Source: an uncultured Rickettsiales bacterium (GTDB taxonomy: Bacteria > Pseudomonadota > Alphaproteobacteria > Rs-D84). Taken from it: a DNA stretch of 44,989 nt. Below, piece by piece: positions 41,039 through 44,989 of the stretch. The position numbers were made by a program, and so were the translations under genes. The stretch lies in the NCBI GenBank assembly GCA_947176385.1, contig CAMWQN010000005.1, positions 1 to 44,989 on the forward strand. The letters are read 5' to 3'. Under the pieces are notes generated by a model. That model was not told the origin of the DNA. It searched no databases and was given only the letters and a program-made list of their open reading frames with translations. Numbering within the stretch: the first letter of the stretch is position 1; each line of letters begins with the position of its first letter.

Positions 41039-41192
41039 AAAAACCGTCTGGCAAAAACCAAACGGCTGGAGGCTAGAAACTACTAAAGGTAATAGTCCCG
41101 TTTATTTATATATATCACGGGCCTCCAACCAATGGAGTTATATTTTTCCTTTAATAAAGGCTTCTAGACCTTGCGCCGGTTTCCCGTTGCGA
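41039..41192 (-). ncRNA. C4/CI-like structured leader, copy D
   Basis: Minus strand: TATAAT 41198-203; imperfect 5' hairpin; boxes CTAGAAGC (41160-67) and ATTAAAGG (41148-55); cloverleaf 41064-41130 with CCTTTAGT (41082-89) and GTTTCTAG (41073-80); terminator 41039-65. Confidence 0.72.
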
Positions 41193-41257
41193 TATGAATT
41201 ATAACATAAAAAATATGGCATGCAAATAATTTACCGCCACTGTTCGTGGCGGTTATG

Positions 41258-41809
41258 TTATTTCTGGTTTTCTGCCAGTTTTTTCATAATGAATGCAAAT
41301 GCTGGGCTGTTTTGACTAATTGGCTTGTATTCCAATTGAATTTTCTTGCGCTTTATCGCATCCAATATGAAATCGGAATAGTTTGAATAAGAATAACTTT
41401 CCGCATACACAATACGTGAAACACCTGATTGAACCAGGTTTTTCAAGCATTCATTGCATGGCTGGGTTGTGCAGTATAATGTTGCCCCCGTCAGGTTGTA
41501 TCCACCACCTTCTTTGCCTTTGAATAACAGGGCGTTCATTTCAGCATGGATTTCATTTGCCATTGAAAATTCGTGATGTGCGGTGCGGTTGAATTCCGGT
41601 GATGATTTTGGCGGAAATATTTCATCGCAATTTGGGCAGCCTTCGGGCGTGCCATTGATACCGGTTGAAATAATACGCTTGTCCTTGACCAACAGGGCGC
41701 CAACCTGGCGTGATACGCAGTGCGATGCACTGGCCATTGCGAATGCCATCAATAAAAATATTTCATCCCAATCTGTCTTGCGTGGATGACGCTGGTTGTG
41801 TTTTGACAT
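41258..41809 (-). CDS. dCMP deaminase (ComEB family)
   Basis: SHC.SRQVGA, STGINGTP, HAEMNA, PCNEC. Confidence 0.92.
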   Translation of the reverse strand: MSKHNQRHPRKTDWDEIFLLMAFAMASASHCVSRQVGALLVKDKRIISTGINGTPEGCPNCDEIFPPKSSPEFNRTAHHEFSMANEIHAEMNALLFKGKEGGGYNLTGATLYCTTQPCNECLKNLVQSGVSRIVYAESYSYSNYSDFILDAIKRKKIQLEYKPISQNSPAFAFIMKKLAENQK

Positions 41810-41905
41810 GGTCTGTGTCCTTTGTTGTTTGACAAATTATAAAATATGTATATAAAAAAGCAAGATTTTAATTCACTTTTAATTTTAGTGTGCTATTGTT
41901 GGCGT

Positions 41906-42799
41906 ATGACACAGACATATTCAGGCTTTATAGCAATTATTGGACCGACAAATGCCGGGAAAAGTACGTTAATGAACCAAATCATGGGACGCAAGGTTTC
42001 AATCGTCTCGCACAAGGTGCAGACGACACGAACCCGTCTGCGGGCTGTTAAAATGGTTGGCGACCGCCAGTTGATATTTGTTGATACGCCCGGGGTATTT
42101 AACCCAAAGCGCAGATTGGACCGTGCGATGGTTGGTGCGGCAATGGACGCATTGGGGGATGCGGATGCGGTGCTGTTGATTATTGACGCACAAAAGGGGG
42201 TAACGGAAACGGTCCGTCGATTAGTGGAAAGAATCGCAGATCGTCCGAACCTGTTCGTCGCATTGAACAAGGCAGACGCTGTACGCAAGCAAGACCTGTT
42301 ACCAATTGCCGCAGAAATTGCAAGCATGGCACCATGGCGTGAAATATTTATGATTTCGGCATTAAAGGATGATGGGATAAAACAGATGTTGGATTCCCTT
42401 GCTGCGGTTATGCCGGCAGGACCATACTTATTTGATACAGTTGACGCCCCCGACGTGCCGGATATGCTGTATTTATCGGAATTAACCCGTGAAAAAATAT
42501 ATAAGTATATTCACCAAGAATTGCCATATCACATAAATGTAGTAACAGAAAAAGTTGATGTTGATGACGAAGGTGTCTTGGACATATATCAAAAAATCGT
42601 TGTTCAAAACGATGCACATAAAAAAATTGTTATTGGTCGTGGTGGTGCGCAATTACAGAAAATCGGCACTGCCGCCCGTCATGATATCCAAGACCAATGG
42701 GGTGTAAACGCGCGCCTGCACCTGTTTGTACGTGTTGAACCAGACTGGGAAAACAAAGCCGAAAACTACACAGACCAAGGCTTGGAATTTAAAAAGTAA
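41906..42799 (+). CDS. era: GTPase Era
   Basis: GPTNAGKS, QTTR, DTPG, NKAD, KH domain VIGRGG. Confidence 0.96.
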   Translation: MTQTYSGFIAIIGPTNAGKSTLMNQIMGRKVSIVSHKVQTTRTRLRAVKMVGDRQLIFVDTPGVFNPKRRLDRAMVGAAMDALGDADAVLLIIDAQKGVTETVRRLVERIADRPNLFVALNKADAVRKQDLLPIAAEIASMAPWREIFMISALKDDGIKQMLDSLAAVMPAGPYLFDTVDAPDVPDMLYLSELTREKIYKYIHQELPYHINVVTEKVDVDDEGVLDIYQKIVVQNDAHKKIVIGRGGAQLQKIGTAARHDIQDQWGVNARLHLFVRVEPDWENKAENYTDQGLEFKK

Positions 42800-42810
42800 A
42801 GGTAAATAAA

Positions 42811-43245
42811 ATGGCAAAAAAGAATAATTTGCGTGTTTTTGGATTACAACTGATTTTGGTAATGCCTGTGGCAATTTTTGGTATGTTGGCGGCAAAATGT
42901 ATGGGTGATAATGCCACTGAACAATATATCGTGTCTGACAAGGGCGCAAACAAGATTGAATACTATTCAATCCAGAATTCTAATGATATGCATGTCATGA
43001 CATTTGATGGCGATACGATTTTCAAAAATGGTGGATGGTATCCATATGTCAATATCGGCGACACAATTGTCGGCAATGCACGTTTTATGAACGAACCTGT
43101 GAATAAATCATGGTATTATGCGTCCCTGCGTTCACCGACACCTGTTACCGCAATACGATATGTAAATGGACGTGAACTGACCGCAGCGCGCGATATGGCG
43201 CGTCGTGATAGCATTATGCGTGAAATAAACAATCGCCAGAAATAA
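42811..43245 (+). CDS. Hypothetical membrane-anchored protein, paralog array member 1
   Basis: N-terminal hydrophobic segment; YIVSDK, VMTFD, VNIGDTIVG, VNG, ARRDS. Confidence 0.8.
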   Translation: MAKKNNLRVFGLQLILVMPVAIFGMLAAKCMGDNATEQYIVSDKGANKIEYYSIQNSNDMHVMTFDGDTIFKNGGWYPYVNIGDTIVGNARFMNEPVNKSWYYASLRSPTPVTAIRYVNGRELTAARDMARRDSIMREINNRQK

Positions 43246-43270
43246 TGTGTAAAACATTCAGGAACAAAAT

Positions 43271-43663
43271 ATGACATGGAAAAAATTATACCGAAATGCT
43301 TTTGCGCCATGGATTATTGTTTTTGGCGGTGCGTTTCTAATGGCATATGTGTTCCGTGGTCCTGGTGGGCGTTATATTGTGATAAAGAAAGAAGAAAATA
43401 AAATCTTGTATTATCCCGTAAATAATCCAAATTTTTTATATGTCATGACATTTGATAACGATACGTCATCAGCAGGATTTTATAACTATATAAATGTTGG
43501 CGATACTATAACAGGTGCTGCGCGTCGGCTTTGTAACAGGGAATCCACATCCCCGGTAACGGATTACGCCATTGAAACAGTAAATGGAAAAACTTTGCCG
43601 GAATTACGCGAAATCGCACGTCGTGACAGTATGTTGCATGACATGGCAATTCATCATAGATAA
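43271..43663 (+). CDS. Hypothetical membrane-anchored protein, paralog array member 2
   Basis: YIVIKK, VMTFD, INVGDTITG, VNG, ARRDS. Confidence 0.8.
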   Translation: MTWKKLYRNAFAPWIIVFGGAFLMAYVFRGPGGRYIVIKKEENKILYYPVNNPNFLYVMTFDNDTSSAGFYNYINVGDTITGAARRLCNRESTSPVTDYAIETVNGKTLPELREIARRDSMLHDMAIHHR

Positions 43664-43676
43664 AAGGATAATCAGA

Positions 43677-44096
43677 ATGAAACTAACAGATTTTCAAACA
43701 GGTATGTTATGTACAGCATTATTTGCGGCAATCGCATTTGGTGGCATGTATTTAATAGAAGGACCCGAATGCGAATACGTTATCACAGATAAACAAGACG
43801 GTAAAATAATATACCGTGATTTGAATGCTAATAATACGCATGTAATGAATTTTAATGCAGATACGGCAGGTATTGGATTTGATGTATATTCACATGTAAA
43901 TGTTGGAGATACAATTGCTGGACATGGGCGTACAATGCAAAAGCCTGTGGCGAATCCTTGGTTTTATCGTGACGGTAAACCGAATGTAAAAACCAGCGTG
44001 GTTCGCACAATTAACGGTACTGATATCCGTGCAATACAGTTGCGTGCACGTGCCGCGGCATATGCCCAGAAAATGCGTTCTGGGAAAAACAGATAA
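43677..44096 (+). CDS. Hypothetical membrane-anchored protein, paralog array member 3
   Basis: Start MKLTDF after AAGGA; YVITDK, VMNFN, VNVGDTIAG, ING. Confidence 0.8.
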   Translation: MKLTDFQTGMLCTALFAAIAFGGMYLIEGPECEYVITDKQDGKIIYRDLNANNTHVMNFNADTAGIGFDVYSHVNVGDTIAGHGRTMQKPVANPWFYRDGKPNVKTSVVRTINGTDIRAIQLRARAAAYAQKMRSGKNR

Positions 44097-44108
44097 GGAT
44101 GGTATAAA

Positions 44109-44498
44109 ATGAAACACATATCATATAAAAAAATAGTTCCTTTTGTGTTCGGGGCTGGGATGCTGGCGGGATGTGCCACATCACGTGATGGTGGACTGGC
44201 GCACTATGTTGTGACAGACAAGGCAAATAATACCATTGTGTTTACAGAAAGTGTTGGGTGCAAAACACGGCGTGTCATGACATTCGACAGTACAGAAATG
44301 GAATATTATAACAGCATTTATGTCGGCGATACGATTGGATGTCGGCGTCCATTTTCTGATACACAACTGGTCGTCGGGGCGCGCAACGCAGATATTCGCT
44401 TGATCAGTCGTGGGGATATATTGCGCATGTATGAATTGCAACAGCAGACTGCATTACGTGACAGTTTGATTAATAACATGAAAATAAAGCATAAATAA
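44109..44498 (+). CDS. Hypothetical lipoprotein, paralog array member 4
   Basis: LAGC lipobox; YVVTDK, VMTFD, IYVGDTIG, ALRDS. Confidence 0.8.
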   Translation: MKHISYKKIVPFVFGAGMLAGCATSRDGGLAHYVVTDKANNTIVFTESVGCKTRRVMTFDSTEMEYYNSIYVGDTIGCRRPFSDTQLVVGARNADIRLISRGDILRMYELQQQTALRDSLINNMKIKHK

Positions 44499-44499
44499 A

Positions 44500-44989
44500 A
44501 TGATAAATACATCACTGCATACATCTGATTTTGATTTTGAATTGCCTGCCGAACTGATTGCGTCGCACCCACTGGCGCAACGTGATGCGTCGCGCATGTT
44601 GGTTGTGGATAAATCTGGGACATCTGATAAACATATACGTGATTTCTTGGATTATCTGCGCCCAGGTGATGTTGTGGTATTTAATAATTCACGTGTTATC
44701 CCGGCACGTTTTATGGCAAATGGCAAGCATGAAATAACCCTGCATACATGTATGTCTGATGATAATAAAATATGGTGGGGATTGTGTCGTAAATTCACAA
44801 AGATGCACATTGGCGATATATTGACGCTGGATGATGGAACCCAGATTAAAATCTTATCCAAGAATATGGACAGTGGTTTGAAAATTGAATTCTTGTGCGA
44901 TGATGTGTTTGGGGTATTGGACCGGGTTGGTAAAATGCCATTGCCACCATATATGAAGCGTGAAGAAGAAATCGACGACCGTGAACGTT
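44500..44989 (+). CDS. queA: SAM:tRNA ribosyltransferase-isomerase (partial, runs off window)
   Basis: Own translation, not in the ORF track: MINTSLHTSDFDFELPAELIASHP...RDASRMLV...GDVVVFNNSRVIPAR...GKMPLPPYM. Confidence 0.93.
   Translation, partial: MINTSLHTSDFDFELPAELIASHPLAQRDASRMLVVDKSGTSDKHIRDFLDYLRPGDVVVFNNSRVIPARFMANGKHEITLHTCMSDDNKIWWGLCRKFTKMHIGDILTLDDGTQIKILSKNMDSGLKIEFLCDDVFGVLDRVGKMPLPPYMKREEEIDDRER

Noticed and set aside
13999-41192. Leaders as T-boxes, known riboswitches, IS/MITE ends or CRISPR repeats
   Set aside because: No T-box consensus, no aptamer I recognise, no terminal inverted repeats with target duplications, no regular repeat-spacer array.

Overview
About 45 kb of a compact alphaproteobacterial chromosome. 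The protein styles and Cys-rich secreted protein are reminiscent of gut Rs-D84/'Enterousia'-type genomes; this taxonomy is inference only. The backbone is housekeeping: fabI, ligA, PBP1A, lepB-rnc-secG, prmC, tilS-ftsH, groES-groEL, tdk, htpX, bamD, murJ, rlpA, era and partial queA. Accessory parts are (1) the end of an island downstream of tRNA-Asn(GTT) carrying an XRE-HTH + retron-type RT and a DUF262-HNH nuclease; (2) a mini-element and two AT-rich nuclease genes after tRNA-Arg(ACG); (3) a four-gene paralog array. The most striking unannotated signal is a dispersed family of four ~160-215 nt structured 5' leaders (about 14.0, 19.0, 23.5 and 41.0 kb, plus a probable remnant at 5.0 kb). Each has a promoter, a 5' hairpin, two 7-8 nt target boxes, a cloverleaf carrying the complements of its own boxes, and a terminator before the gene. 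The boxes differ in every copy but always co-vary with their complements. By eye this resembles phage P1 C4 / P4 CI antisense-RNA immunity modules, but here the copies sit without phage genes, in front of three small XRE proteins and a Cys-rich secreted protein. Many genes also look leaderless. All calls are by-eye motif recognition; no searches or folding were run.
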